Below are positions 44,385 through 53,810 of a stretch of DNA of 64,000 bases, piece after piece. The notes beneath the pieces were generated by a model that ran no database searches, had not been told where the DNA came from, and worked only from the letters and a program-made list of their open reading frames with translations. The DNA is taken from sequence record ON529853.1, one strand, 5' to 3'. Position 1 is the stretch's first letter; the number at the start of each line of letters is the position of its first letter. The position numbers and the translations under genes were made by a program.

Positions 44385-45365
44385 CTACTCGTCGTCCGCC
44401 CGCGTGACGGGGACGCCGGCGAGGCGCTGCGCGCGCTCCCAGATTTCCGCGTCTGTCAGGTAGCCCTCGCCGCCCTGGTTGTAGCCGTAGCGCTTCGCTT
44501 TCAACTGCCCGACGACGTCGGCCAAGGCCTGGCGCAGCAGGGTGGCGTCGCCCGCCGCCGCCAACTTGCGCGCTGCCGTCTGTTGCCAATCGGCCTCCGC
44601 ATGCGCCTTCGCCGCGTCCAGCGTGGGGAAGGTGTCGAACGCGAACGGGTCGTCTATCCGCCAGCAGATGAAGTTCTCCAGGTCAGGCTGGATGCTGTAG
44701 ACGCCGCCGAAGCCCGGCGCGATCAGGATGCTTTCGGCGTGACCGTTGTCCCGATCGAAGGCGGACGGCTTGCGCCAGTCGAGCGGCAGAATGCCCGGCG
44801 TGGGAAGCGCGATCAGGACCATACGTGCGTCGTCCAGGGTGGGGTCGGGGGCGCCCCCGGCAAACAGGGCGTTCTTGGCCGCGACCAGGACGCCGAGCGG
44901 CCAATCCACGGACGCGGCGTCCGGTCCGGGCCGTCCGACATTGTAGAAGTAGTTGTCCATCACCTCGCGGACGTCCGCCTCGGTCAGTTCGTCGGCGTCG
45001 CGGCGCTTACGGTTGACGTTGTAGAGGATTTCCGAGATGTCGCGGTCGGACGGCTTGCGCGGCACGACCTGCATGACCGCCCCGGATTCCGCCTGCGGCG
45101 GTCGCTGGTTCCAGGCCGCGATTGCGGTCGCGTCGTCGGGTGAAATGACGCTGTCGGGGCAGGGCGGCGCGCCCTCCGTATAGTTCGCGGCGCAGACGAC
45201 GCGCCGGCGCATGGGACCGTAGGAGCCGCCGTCGACGCCCTTCCCCTTGCCGACCCAGTCGCCCATCGTGCCGATCAGCTTGCCCGGCCCGCCGCAATGC
45301 GGGCAGGGGGCGATCTCCGCCAGTGCGACCTCAGGGCTGGGCTTCACATTGATGTCGGACAGCAT
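44385..45365 (-). CDS. protein with N-terminal Lar-like (restriction alleviation) Zn domain
   Basis: IAPCPHCGG...VVC...C...AIAAWNQR. Confidence 0.65.
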   Translation of the reverse strand: MLSDINVKPSPEVALAEIAPCPHCGGPGKLIGTMGDWVGKGKGVDGGSYGPMRRRVVCAANYTEGAPPCPDSVISPDDATAIAAWNQRPPQAESGAVMQVVPRKPSDRDISEILYNVNRKRRDADELTEADVREVMDNYFYNVGRPGPDAASVDWPLGVLVAAKNALFAGGAPDPTLDDARMVLIALPTPGILPLDWRKPSAFDRDNGHAESILIAPGFGGVYSIQPDLENFICWRIDDPFAFDTFPTLDAAKAHAEADWQQTAARKLAAAGDATLLRQALADVVGQLKAKRYGYNQGGEGYLTDAEIWERAQRLAGVPVTRADDE

Positions 45366-45468
45366 GGCGATCTCCTCTTCAGTTGAGGCGATCTGTAAAG
45401 GAACTAAGTGCGGTGGTCAAGCCTTCAATCTGAGGGGTTGGCGGACAGGCCTGGAGTCGCGGGCGCGC

Positions 45469-45564
45469 CTAGTTGTTCGACAGGATTTCCCCGACCATCA
45501 TGAAGATGAGCATCAGGAAAATGAAGGCGACGAGTCCGAAGGCGATGTAGTCGATGGGTTGCAT
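45469..45564 (-). CDS. 31-aa single-TM peptide
   Basis: MQPIDYIAFGLVAFIFLMLIFMMVGEILSNN; AAGGA RBS. Confidence 0.55.
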   Translation of the reverse strand: MQPIDYIAFGLVAFIFLMLIFMMVGEILSNN

Positions 45565-45675
45565 GCGTCTTTCCTTTTGTCTGCGAAGGCGATCAGTCGC
45601 CTGAAGAAGTCGTCCGGCGCCGGCCGGAGCCCCGGCGAACGGTAGTAGGGATCGCCGTTACGGGTCCAGTAGGAC

Positions 45676-45975
45676 TCAGCCGGCATGGTCGTCCGCCAGA
45701 CGTTTGTCGCGGGCGTCCATCGTCGCCAGCATCATGGACAGGCTACCGATGCACGCAAACGCCTTGGGGTAGCTGTTCGGCTCCGCCTCGGCGTCACGGC
45801 AAACCGCCTTAACACCCGCCGCCATGTCCTTGACCGCCAGCGTGCGCTCGTCGGCCACACGCTCGTCGGCGCGCTCCTGCATGATCTGGTGCGTCACGAG
45901 GAAGGTGGTGGTGACCGCGAGCATCACGGCGATCCCGAACAGCGCCCATAGGGCGGCCTTGTCAGTCTTCGTCAC
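45676..45975 (-). CDS. membrane-anchored hypothetical protein
   Basis: N-terminal TM, GAGGAG RBS. Confidence 0.7.
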   Translation of the reverse strand: MTKTDKAALWALFGIAVMLAVTTTFLVTHQIMQERADERVADERTLAVKDMAAGVKAVCRDAEAEPNSYPKAFACIGSLSMMLATMDARDKRLADDHAG

Positions 45976-46270
45976 TGGCGCGGAACTCCTCTTTCAAGCT
46001 GTAAAGGCGCAACACGCGATTGCGTCCCAGGCTGTCACAGGCGTGGAGCCGTCCGATCTCGAAACGCTCGTCCCGGCCGAGCCAGGACGCCGCGACCTGG
46101 GCGCGGTTGAGCGGGTGCGGGCTCATGCCCTTCCACAACTTGGGTTCAGGCACGGCGTCGCAGAAGGCCGAGTTCATCCAGCCGTCCATGACACAGACGC
46201 TCCAGATGACGCCGCCGCCTTCGCGGCGCATCAGGGCGATCATGGCGTCGCCGACCGGATTGGTCTTCAT
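45962..46270 (-). CDS. hypothetical protein
   Basis: ATGA coupling. Confidence 0.65.
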   Translation of the reverse strand: MKTNPVGDAMIALMRREGGGVIWSVCVMDGWMNSAFCDAVPEPKLWKGMSPHPLNRAQVAASWLGRDERFEIGRLHACDSLGRNRVLRLYSLKEEFRASDED

Positions 46271-46641
46271 GCCGTGATCCCCATGCGGCGCATCAGGCCG
46301 CTGATGTAGCGGGCGCCGAAGGCGTGGTAGGTGAAGAAGAGCGACGGGTGCCCGAAGCAGTCGTCGTTGCGCCCGACCTCGTTGCGGGCGGCGCGCTCGC
46401 GGGCGTCGCTCGGCATGATGCAGCCGTTCGCGGCCGTATGTAGGGCGCCGACGCAGTAGGCGGTCTCGGGGTTCTCGGGGCCGTGGTCGCGCAGGTGGCA
46501 GGACGGGACCTGGTTCTCCTGCACCACGTCGGCATACCATTGCGCTTCGTGCCCGCCCAGGTAGCCCTGGAGGGCGTCCTTGCGCCACGGGCACTCGTTG
46601 CAGGGGGTCTTGTGGATCAGGCGGCGGTTGTCGGTGGTCAC
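46267..46641 (-). CDS. Cys/His-rich DUF6283-like protein
   Basis: PCNECPWRKD...CH......YCVG. Confidence 0.55.
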   Translation of the reverse strand: MTTDNRRLIHKTPCNECPWRKDALQGYLGGHEAQWYADVVQENQVPSCHLRDHGPENPETAYCVGALHTAANGCIMPSDARERAARNEVGRNDDCFGHPSLFFTYHAFGARYISGLMRRMGITA

Positions 46642-46916
46642 GAAGGCTCCTGGATTTCGCGGTGGCTCAAGCGCGCCCAGACGAAGGCGCGCATCCGTCC
46701 GGCGCCGACGCATTGTTCGCGCGAGGCGTTCGGGGCGGGCTCGGTGCAGATCATCTGCTCGGCGTCTGCGAGGTCTTTGAGCACGGCGCGGCGTTCGTCG
46801 ACCTCTCCCTGCTGGGTCTGGCTGGAAACCCCGGCGGCGAGGCCGACCACGAAGATGAGGGCGGCGGCGAGAAACGCCACCACCGTCACCAAGGGGGTAG
46901 TCCGGCGGTCGCCCAT
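46638..46916 (-). CDS. membrane-anchored hypothetical protein
   Basis: N-terminal TM. Confidence 0.65.
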   Translation of the reverse strand: MGDRRTTPLVTVVAFLAAALIFVVGLAAGVSSQTQQGEVDERRAVLKDLADAEQMICTEPAPNASREQCVGAGRMRAFVWARLSHREIQEPS

Positions 46917-47524
46917 CAGATCGTCTCCAGCTTCTTGCCCGTCAGGGCTTCCAGCGCGGCGGCGGCCGCGCGATAGTTCTCCAGCCGGAACACCGACGTG
47001 GCGGGTCCGCCGACGAAGCCGTGGTCGGTCCAGATTTCATGGCTGCCGTCTTCGGCCGCGTCGTAGCTGCGCACGACGGCCGCGAACGGGGCCAGCGCCG
47101 CGATCGCCTGTTCGAGCGTTTCCACCGAAGGGGTGGGCGGCGGCGTGTAGGGGCGGATGTAGGAGATGATGCACTGCCAGGCGACGTCGGGGAAATCGCA
47201 GGCGCGGCCGCGCATCACCGCCCCCGTCACCAGCCGGGCCTCGATCACCGTCTCGCCGACGGGGTTGACGTCGCCGGTGAACTTCAACCAGCCGTCCCGG
47301 CGGGGCCGCCCGATGAAGGTGTAGTAGGTCAGCGGTCCCGCCATCCCACCGATGCCGATGCCGCCGCCCTTCGCAGCGCTGGGGTCCCGCTGAAGGGTTC
47401 GGATCGCGCCGAAACACGGACGGCCGCGATGCGTCGCCCACACAAAATCGCCAACCTGGATATGGGCCGAGTTCTGGATCGTCAGGCGCTCGCCGAGCGC
47501 GGGCAAGGTGGTGGTGTCGGTCAT
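46916..47524 (-). CDS. hypothetical protein
   Basis: Coupled operon gene. Confidence 0.75.
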   Translation of the reverse strand: MTDTTTLPALGERLTIQNSAHIQVGDFVWATHRGRPCFGAIRTLQRDPSAAKGGGIGIGGMAGPLTYYTFIGRPRRDGWLKFTGDVNPVGETVIEARLVTGAVMRGRACDFPDVAWQCIISYIRPYTPPPTPSVETLEQAIAALAPFAAVVRSYDAAEDGSHEIWTDHGFVGGPATSVFRLENYRAAAAALEALTGKKLETI

Positions 47525-47889
47525 GCTTTAAAGCCTGCGTTTCCAATGGACAGGCCTACGGCGGCGGCCATACGGTCGCTGATCTCGCGCAGCGTGGTGG
47601 TTTCACCGGCGATGAAGGTGTTGCGCTCGGCGACCCATTCCCGGATCAGAGCCTCCAGGTCCGGCGCGTTGTGCAGCCGGATGACGAAGGGCTCGTCGCA
47701 GGGGTCCTCGAAAATAGAGTCCTTGGCCTTGGCGTACCACTGGTAGAGGTAGGTCCCGTCGTAGCGGAACAGACGCGGGTCGCGGACGCCGACCTTCGGC
47801 ATCTGGTTATAGGCGAAGGATTCCATGTCAGGGACGTGGGTCCGGTCCGCCGAAGCCGGGAAATCATACGTCAGGTGCGTGTCGCTCAT
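47521..47889 (-). CDS. hypothetical protein
   Basis: GGAGG RBS, class-2 promoter 47916. Confidence 0.8.
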   Translation of the reverse strand: MSDTHLTYDFPASADRTHVPDMESFAYNQMPKVGVRDPRLFRYDGTYLYQWYAKAKDSIFEDPCDEPFVIRLHNAPDLEALIREWVAERNTFIAGETTTLREISDRMAAAVGLSIGNAGFKA

Positions 47890-47938
47890 GCGGTCCTCCT
47901 TCGTGGTCAGGGGTGTGTAAAGGAACGGATTGCGTCTG

Positions 47939-49489
47939 TCAACGATTGCCGGACAACTGGACCTGTCTTTCGAGCGTGTCGGTGAAGGCTGCCCACAGGC
48001 CCTCGTTGACGATGAAGTCGTCGCGCAGCCGCAGCAGGTCCGACCACTCGGTCTGTGTCCGCCACGGGTTCTCTTCGTCTTCGGGCTTGATCTTCAGTTC
48101 GTCCAGCACGACACGGGCGTGGGCATGAGCCCGGCGGGCGCCGGCTTCGGCCTGTTTCCATGCGTTGGTGTCCAGGTGGCGCTGGCCGGGATCGTAGAAG
48201 GCCAGGACGAAGTTGAGCGCGCCCCAGCACTTCTCCAGCGCCTCGGTCGCGGCCTTGTAGGCGTCGGCGTCACGGAGGCCCTGCTGACCGGCTTCGGTTT
48301 CCCGTTCCTGCGCCGCCGCGTCCAGCCGGGCGTTGTAGGCCGCCACGCCACGCTTCAGGTAGTCCATCCAGTCGATTGCGGTGCAGCGCTCGAAGTAGGC
48401 GGGATCGTCCGCCGGCAGGGCGGCGTTCGTGCGCCAGCCGGCCCGGAAGGCCGCGAACTGGTCAGCCGCCGCTTGCAGGCCGATCATCGTCCACAGGTCA
48501 TCCGTCAGCAGTCGGATGGCCCCCACGGGCGCGGACTTGTGCGGATGGTCGAACAGGCCGCCCGCGATCAGGTCGAACAGGTGGTCGGCGGACCGGAGCA
48601 ACGCGGGCGTCTGGATGGCCTCCATATAGGGTCGATCAGGCGCGTGCACCTGCGGGCAGGAGCCGCTCTTCAGCATATCAGCGGCCGCGTTACAGGCGTC
48701 CCAGACCTTGCCGTAGCTACTGGAGACATTCTCCCCGTCGACTTCCAGGGCCTCGAACACAGCGTCGGTGATGGCACTGCCGATGGCGCTACGGAGCAAG
48801 CCGTCATTGACGTTCTGGTCGACTCTGCGTCCCGCAGCGCCGCACAGGATCGGCCACAGGGCGTTCGCCACGTCGTCCGCCATCAGGTCGTAGTCGCCGG
48901 CCCGGCGGTGCGTGATCAGGTCCTTCACTGTCGCTTTCAGCGCCGCCTCATCCTTGAACGCGGGGGTATGGGGCGCCGCCTTCAAGGCCTCGGTCGCCAT
49001 GTCGCAGGCGCGCTCGGCGGCGGCCCGGAACTTCTCGTCGCCGCTGTCGCAGCGGGCGATCCACAGCTTGTCCTGGCACTCCAGCAGGGCGTCGCGCAGG
49101 ACCTCGGCGTTCCGCGCACTATCCAGGGCGCGCGCCCACATGCGGAACTTGGCCGCTGCCGTGCGGCATGAGGCGGCGGTCACGCGGCTGCTCTCCGCCC
49201 GCTTGGCCTTGTTGGAATCCGGGTTCTCCGCCCAGTCCGCCGCGTCCTCATCGTAGCGCACGGCGTCATCATCGTTCGATTCGGCCTGACGCACGCAGTA
49301 GGCCTGCAAGGCGACGATGCTTGGGCTGGCGGGGAGTTCCCCCGCGACCGACTGCGCCTGGGCCTGGCCGGGTTCGCCATAGATCGCGAAGCCCTCGCCG
49401 GGCTCCCAGTGGACGGGGTAGTCGGCGCCCCACCAGGTGATGTGGCGGTCGTTGCGGACCCAGCCGAGCAGCGTGCGGGTATCAGTCAT
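47939..49489 (-). CDS. large mosaic hypothetical protein
   Basis: GGAG RBS before MTDTRTL. Confidence 0.75.
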   Translation of the reverse strand: MTDTRTLLGWVRNDRHITWWGADYPVHWEPGEGFAIYGEPGQAQAQSVAGELPASPSIVALQAYCVRQAESNDDDAVRYDEDAADWAENPDSNKAKRAESSRVTAASCRTAAAKFRMWARALDSARNAEVLRDALLECQDKLWIARCDSGDEKFRAAAERACDMATEALKAAPHTPAFKDEAALKATVKDLITHRRAGDYDLMADDVANALWPILCGAAGRRVDQNVNDGLLRSAIGSAITDAVFEALEVDGENVSSSYGKVWDACNAAADMLKSGSCPQVHAPDRPYMEAIQTPALLRSADHLFDLIAGGLFDHPHKSAPVGAIRLLTDDLWTMIGLQAAADQFAAFRAGWRTNAALPADDPAYFERCTAIDWMDYLKRGVAAYNARLDAAAQERETEAGQQGLRDADAYKAATEALEKCWGALNFVLAFYDPGQRHLDTNAWKQAEAGARRAHAHARVVLDELKIKPEDEENPWRTQTEWSDLLRLRDDFIVNEGLWAAFTDTLERQVQLSGNR

Positions 49490-49499
49490 GGGGGCTCCT

Positions 49500-50048
49500 T
49501 TAGACCATGTCCAGGGCGCGCAGTCGCGCGGCGGCGGCGTAGACCCGAACGGTCTCACGGGTGATTCGGGGGTCGCTCAGGCTGCTGGTCACCAGAGGGG
49601 CGTGGCACTCGTCGGTCGGCTCGAACACACCCAACGACATGGCGCGCCCGGTGTAGATTTGTTGGTAGGACAGGGGGAACGGGTAGGGGTAGTGCCCCTC
49701 CGGCTTGTCGCCGGCGCAGAACATGCGCAGATAGCCGAGAGGCTCGGGATCGCGCACGTCGTCGACTCCGGTCTCCTCGCGCAGTTCGCGGAGCGCCGCG
49801 TCCAGCATCCCTTCGCCGGCCTCGATATGACCGCCCGCCATCTCGATTCCGCGCCGGGTGTTATGCGCCAGGACCACCGCCCAGGTGTCCAGATAGGGGA
49901 CCATGAAGGCGGTCCGGGTCAGGTCTTCCGGCGCCTCGTCGTCCGACAGGATCAGGTCCACCCGGTTCGGCTTCGGCAGCCAGTCGACGTCAAACTGGGT
50001 GCGCGCGATCACGGCGCCCGGCGGCAAGGCGGTATGGGTGGTGGACAT
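49500..50048 (-). CDS. NUDIX hydrolase
   Basis: Nudix box GGHIEAGEGMLDAALRELREETGV. Confidence 0.95.
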   Translation of the reverse strand: MSTTHTALPPGAVIARTQFDVDWLPKPNRVDLILSDDEAPEDLTRTAFMVPYLDTWAVVLAHNTRRGIEMAGGHIEAGEGMLDAALRELREETGVDDVRDPEPLGYLRMFCAGDKPEGHYPYPFPLSYQQIYTGRAMSLGVFEPTDECHAPLVTSSLSDPRITRETVRVYAAAARLRALDMV

Positions 50049-50214
50049 GGGCGCTCCTTCAACAGTTCTCTCGCCGTGTAAAGGAACGGTGTGAGGATTA
50101 CAAGCAGAACTTCTTGCCGCCTGACAAGATTCATGTCACTCAAGATTCACCGTCAGGGAGAACCCCTGCCGGCGCCAGGCGGCTGCGGCCGTCGATCGAA
50201 AGGACCACCGCCCC

Positions 50215-51336
50215 ATGAGCGGCACCGACCTGCGCGTCCGCGCGCACCTGACCTATTCCGTCACCGGCTACCACCGCACCGAGAGCACCGGCACGAGCCG
50301 GGTCGTCGGCGAAGGCTTCACCGCCGAAAAGGCTAACGAGATCGCGGCGGCCGTGCACGCTGTCACCGACCAGCCGGGCGATCTGACCCAGATGGTGGTC
50401 AGCGAGATGACCTTCAGCCTGGATAGGCGCGACGCGCCCTCGTGGCTGGCCGAATCCTACGCTCACCTGGCGGCGCAGCCGGAGGGGTCCGTCTACATGT
50501 TGGAACGTCTCCCGGCGTCGAAGGTGCGCCTGACGAAGGTCAAGCCGAGCACGGCGCCGGCCTTCAAAATCGACGTCACGGGCTTCGAGATCAAGAGCGT
50601 CCTGGGCAATCTCCAGACCGTCGCTGATACGGTCAAGGATTCCATCATGCGCGAGATCAGCCGCATCAACCTGCCCGAGCGGTGGGAGGACCTGTCGAGC
50701 GAAACCACCCGGCGTGGGCTGGAAGCCTTCATGGCGGTCCAGACGGTGGGCAAGGACGCCTGGCGTGATCATGAGATCGAGGCGCTGGTGACCCGCATCG
50801 CCCTGCGCACCGGCAAGGCCAAGATCGATCTGCGCCGCATGTTCGAGAGCGCCCAGGAGCGGGTGATGGAGGCCAAACGCATCCTGGCGGACGCCGTCCC
50901 GACCAAGGCGCCCCTGACCTCGCGTGAAGAGCATTACTGCAAGAACCGCGCGAAGGGCTGCACGCCCCACGACGCCGCGCGCTACGCGGGGTTCCTCAAC
51001 GATCCGACGTCGGCGTTCAATACCGCCCTGCTGGAAAACTCACCCCCGATCCAAGCGCGGATCGCGGAACTGATCACGGCCAAGGCGCCTGCCGAAGCCA
51101 CGCCCCAAGCCCTGCCCGCCGGCGCCGCCCGCCTCGACAACGCCACCCAGGAGTTCTTCGCCCTGAACATCGGCTTCTACGGCATGACGGTCGAGGCGGC
51201 CGCCAAGCAGATGAGCCTGCCGTTGGAAACGGCGGACGGTCTGATGGAGATGCCGACGGTGAAGGCGCGGATCAAGTTCTTCCAGCGCACGCTCCAGGCA
51301 AACGTCGAGGCCTTCCGCGCGGAAGGCCCGCAATGA
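50215..51336 (+). CDS. protein with C-terminal TerS-like HTH repeats
   Basis: YCKNRAKGCTPHDAARYAGF...IQARIAEL aligns with TerS YARHRAKGMNAAKAALAAGY...VIARIEEL. Confidence 0.65.
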   Translation: MSGTDLRVRAHLTYSVTGYHRTESTGTSRVVGEGFTAEKANEIAAAVHAVTDQPGDLTQMVVSEMTFSLDRRDAPSWLAESYAHLAAQPEGSVYMLERLPASKVRLTKVKPSTAPAFKIDVTGFEIKSVLGNLQTVADTVKDSIMREISRINLPERWEDLSSETTRRGLEAFMAVQTVGKDAWRDHEIEALVTRIALRTGKAKIDLRRMFESAQERVMEAKRILADAVPTKAPLTSREEHYCKNRAKGCTPHDAARYAGFLNDPTSAFNTALLENSPPIQARIAELITAKAPAEATPQALPAGAARLDNATQEFFALNIGFYGMTVEAAAKQMSLPLETADGLMEMPTVKARIKFFQRTLQANVEAFRAEGPQ

Positions 51337-51680
51337 AGCGCGTCTTCGACGACCACGGCCTCTGGAACCCGGAGGCTCACGCCGCCGGGCTCCGGGCGCT
51401 GCCCCTGGTGAAACAGGCGTTCGAACTGCTGCTGGGCGAGGGCTACAACCCTCGCGAGGCGCAGGCGCTGATCACCGCCACCGTGGATGAAGAGACGTTG
51501 GACCGCATCCTCGTCGTCAAGGATCGGCTTCGACTGAAGCGGGCGGGGCACGCCGAGGCGGAACGGGTCGGCAACCTGCGCCGGCATGTGCCGTTCCCGC
51601 CGGCCGACCATCCTGTCTTCACGCCAGAGCACAAGGCGAAGGCCTTTGACCTGGTGCGGCCTGAAGGCGAATCAGCATGA
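51333..51680 (+). CDS. hypothetical protein
   Basis: ATGA coupling. Confidence 0.7.
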   Translation: MKRVFDDHGLWNPEAHAAGLRALPLVKQAFELLLGEGYNPREAQALITATVDEETLDRILVVKDRLRLKRAGHAEAERVGNLRRHVPFPPADHPVFTPEHKAKAFDLVRPEGESA

Positions 51681-51955
51681 CCCCCGGCTATCGCGTCAAG
51701 CCCGTGGTGGACGGCCGGATTCGCAACCGGTACGGCTATGAGCAGCGGGTCGGACCCGGCGCCTACACCATCATCGACGCCGACGACAACCCGATCCGGG
51801 TCCACAACGGCTTCGCGGTCTTCACCTCCGTCGAGCAGGCGGCCTGGTGCGTCGAGTTGATGAGGGTCGCCTTCTTCGAGGGCGAGGCCAGCGTCAAGGC
51901 GGCCATGCGGAACCTGCTCGACATCCCTGAACCACCGGACGACGACGAAGACTGA
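51677..51955 (+). CDS. hypothetical protein
   Basis: ATGA coupling. Confidence 0.7.
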   Translation: MTPGYRVKPVVDGRIRNRYGYEQRVGPGAYTIIDADDNPIRVHNGFAVFTSVEQAAWCVELMRVAFFEGEASVKAAMRNLLDIPEPPDDDED

Positions 51956-51962
51956 TGGCGGC

Positions 51963-51991
51963 TTGACGGTATGGAGGCGGACGTGCTACAC
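51963..51991 (+). promoter_or_regulatory. sigma70 promoter upstream of tRNA
   Basis: TTGACG-N16-GCTACAC matches Caulobacter housekeeping consensus. Confidence 0.75.
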
Positions 51992-52060
51992 AACGCCCCA
52001 TGCTGACCGCCCTGAGAACCAGGACTGCCTAAGCGCCCCTGACCACCGGGGCGCTTCTTG

Positions 52061-52135
52061 GCGTCTATGGTGTAGCGGACAGCACAGCGATCTTCTAAAT
52101 CGTGAGCCCTGGTTCGAATCCAGGTAGACGCGCCA
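52061..52135 (+). tRNA. tRNA-Arg(UCU)
   Basis: Acceptor GCGTCTA/TAGACGC, anticodon loop CTTCTAA, T arm CCTGG-TTCGAAT-CCAGG, encoded CCA. Confidence 0.92.
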
Positions 52136-52187
52136 TCACTCGTGGGCTTCGCCCCCTCGTGACCGGCTCCGCCGGCCGCACCTCCGG
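52135..52187 (+). repeat. Twin-hairpin element, copy E
   Basis: Begins at the terminal A of the tRNA CCA. Confidence 0.85.
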
Positions 52188-52348
52188 TCAACAACGCCTT
52201 AGGTCGATCACGCCCGGCACAGCCTTTTCGGCTGTTCCCGCTCGGGATCATCTCACCCTAAACGGTCAGGCCCGGCACGGATTGTTCCCGAACGGGATCA
52301 CGGCTGAAGCGGTTGCGTCATTTGTGGTGCATGGGTTGCGGCTGTCAG

Positions 52349-52624
52349 TTAGCCCCGGTGCACGATCGTCGCCGCACCGACTTCGCGCAGGGTGCTCATC
52401 GTGCGCGCGCCCCATTCGAGATCGGTGATGTGATCGCTTGCGCGGAACAAGGCCCGGTTTACCGCGATCTTGAGGTCCGTGTCCCCCAGAAGCTGGAGGT
52501 CCCGCACAGCGTCGAGAAGCTGCGTCGACGCCTCATCGGCCTCCCGCAGCCCTTCGGCGACCAGGCCGTAAAACACCGCCCGAATGAGGCGAGTCGCGGC
52601 GGGATGGATAGATTCGTCGGTCAT
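52349..52624 (-). CDS. hypothetical protein
   Basis: ORF; start MTDESIH uncertain. Confidence 0.5.
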   Translation of the reverse strand: MTDESIHPAATRLIRAVFYGLVAEGLREADEASTQLLDAVRDLQLLGDTDLKIAVNRALFRASDHITDLEWGARTMSTLREVGAATIVHRG

Positions 52625-52692
52625 GCCTTTAGTCTCCACAGGCCCATCCGGACTGTCAATGGGCGCCTCCGCACCAAACTGCGCCACCCGTG

Positions 52693-53082
52693 TCAGCCTC
52701 TTTTGACCAAGGGCGTGCCGATGAAACGCTCATCGGCGAACATCACCCCGACCAGCGCATAGAGATCGGGATCAGCGGCGAAGTCCTCCACCACGTCCAT
52801 GACGAACATCTCGGCCGTCCAGCCCCAGCCGTTCGCCTGAACGATGACCTGGTTCAGATCAAGCAGGCGCTGCACGGCTCGCTCGTCCCACACATAGAGG
52901 GCGCCGCCGAAGACGTTGCTTTCGGCTTCCGTGAAGACGCGGTGCTTGAGATCGGTGGTCTGGAGCCAGGCCAGAGCCCGCTCCAGGGTCCACCCCGCCA
53001 TCACGATGGTGCCCAGCGGCAGATACCCCATGGGCTTGTCGCGGCCGACCCGCAGGAGGTCGTTCATATAGGCTTCGGACAT
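52693..53082 (-). CDS. hypothetical protein
   Basis: GGAGG RBS. Confidence 0.8.
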   Translation of the reverse strand: MSEAYMNDLLRVGRDKPMGYLPLGTIVMAGWTLERALAWLQTTDLKHRVFTEAESNVFGGALYVWDERAVQRLLDLNQVIVQANGWGWTAEMFVMDVVEDFAADPDLYALVGVMFADERFIGTPLVKRG

Positions 53083-53148
53083 GGGGTCCTCCTGGTTCAG
53101 ATATGACGCGTTCGGCCGCGCAAGGCGTCAGATATGACGCAGACGGGA

Positions 53149-53757
53149 TCAGTCGTTGCCGTAGGGGTGGAGGGTGCGTTCCGCATATAGGTAGGCGAGG
53201 TCCACGGGCAGCACGCCCTGGCGCTGGCCGTCGCTGTCGTAGCCGATGCGCTCCTTCAGTCGTTCGGTATAGTGCTTGAGCCAGACGGCGGCCGCGACCT
53301 CGGACTTGAACGAGCGTTCCGTCAGGCGGCCGTAATGGCACAGCCAGACCGCGTGAAAATCTGGCGGCGGGCTGGAGACGTAGGACCTGCGCTCGGGCGA
53401 GCCCGGCGCGCCCACCACGTAAGAGCGGCGTTCCGTTCCTTCGGCTTCCGTGTAAATGTAGCGCTCGGTGATGACGAAGTCAGGGTATTCCTCGCCGGTC
53501 GCGCGCGCGATCACATACTCCGGAAACTGCGCGGCGAAGGCCGCCTTGCGCTCGGCCTCGATCGCGTCATAGGCGTCCCAGAGCGGAGCCCATAGCCGGT
53601 CGTTCTCGGCCATCTTGGCGTACTCACGCTCGTTCGCTCGGCGGTTGTATTCTTCCCAGGATACGGGGTTACGCCCAGGCCAAATGAGCCACATCAGGAA
53701 GACGCACAGGGCGAGCACCAGCACGGCGCCGAGGATATAGCAGGTGTAGTCGGGCAT
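53149..53757 (-). CDS. membrane-anchored hypothetical protein
   Basis: GGAGG RBS, class-2 promoter 53788. Confidence 0.75.
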   Translation of the reverse strand: MPDYTCYILGAVLVLALCVFLMWLIWPGRNPVSWEEYNRRANEREYAKMAENDRLWAPLWDAYDAIEAERKAAFAAQFPEYVIARATGEEYPDFVITERYIYTEAEGTERRSYVVGAPGSPERRSYVSSPPPDFHAVWLCHYGRLTERSFKSEVAAAVWLKHYTERLKERIGYDSDGQRQGVLPVDLAYLYAERTLHPYGND

Positions 53758-53810
53758 GAGGTCCTCCTGGGTTGACGTCGAGGATCGTGTAAAGGAATGA
53801 TCTGCGTTAG

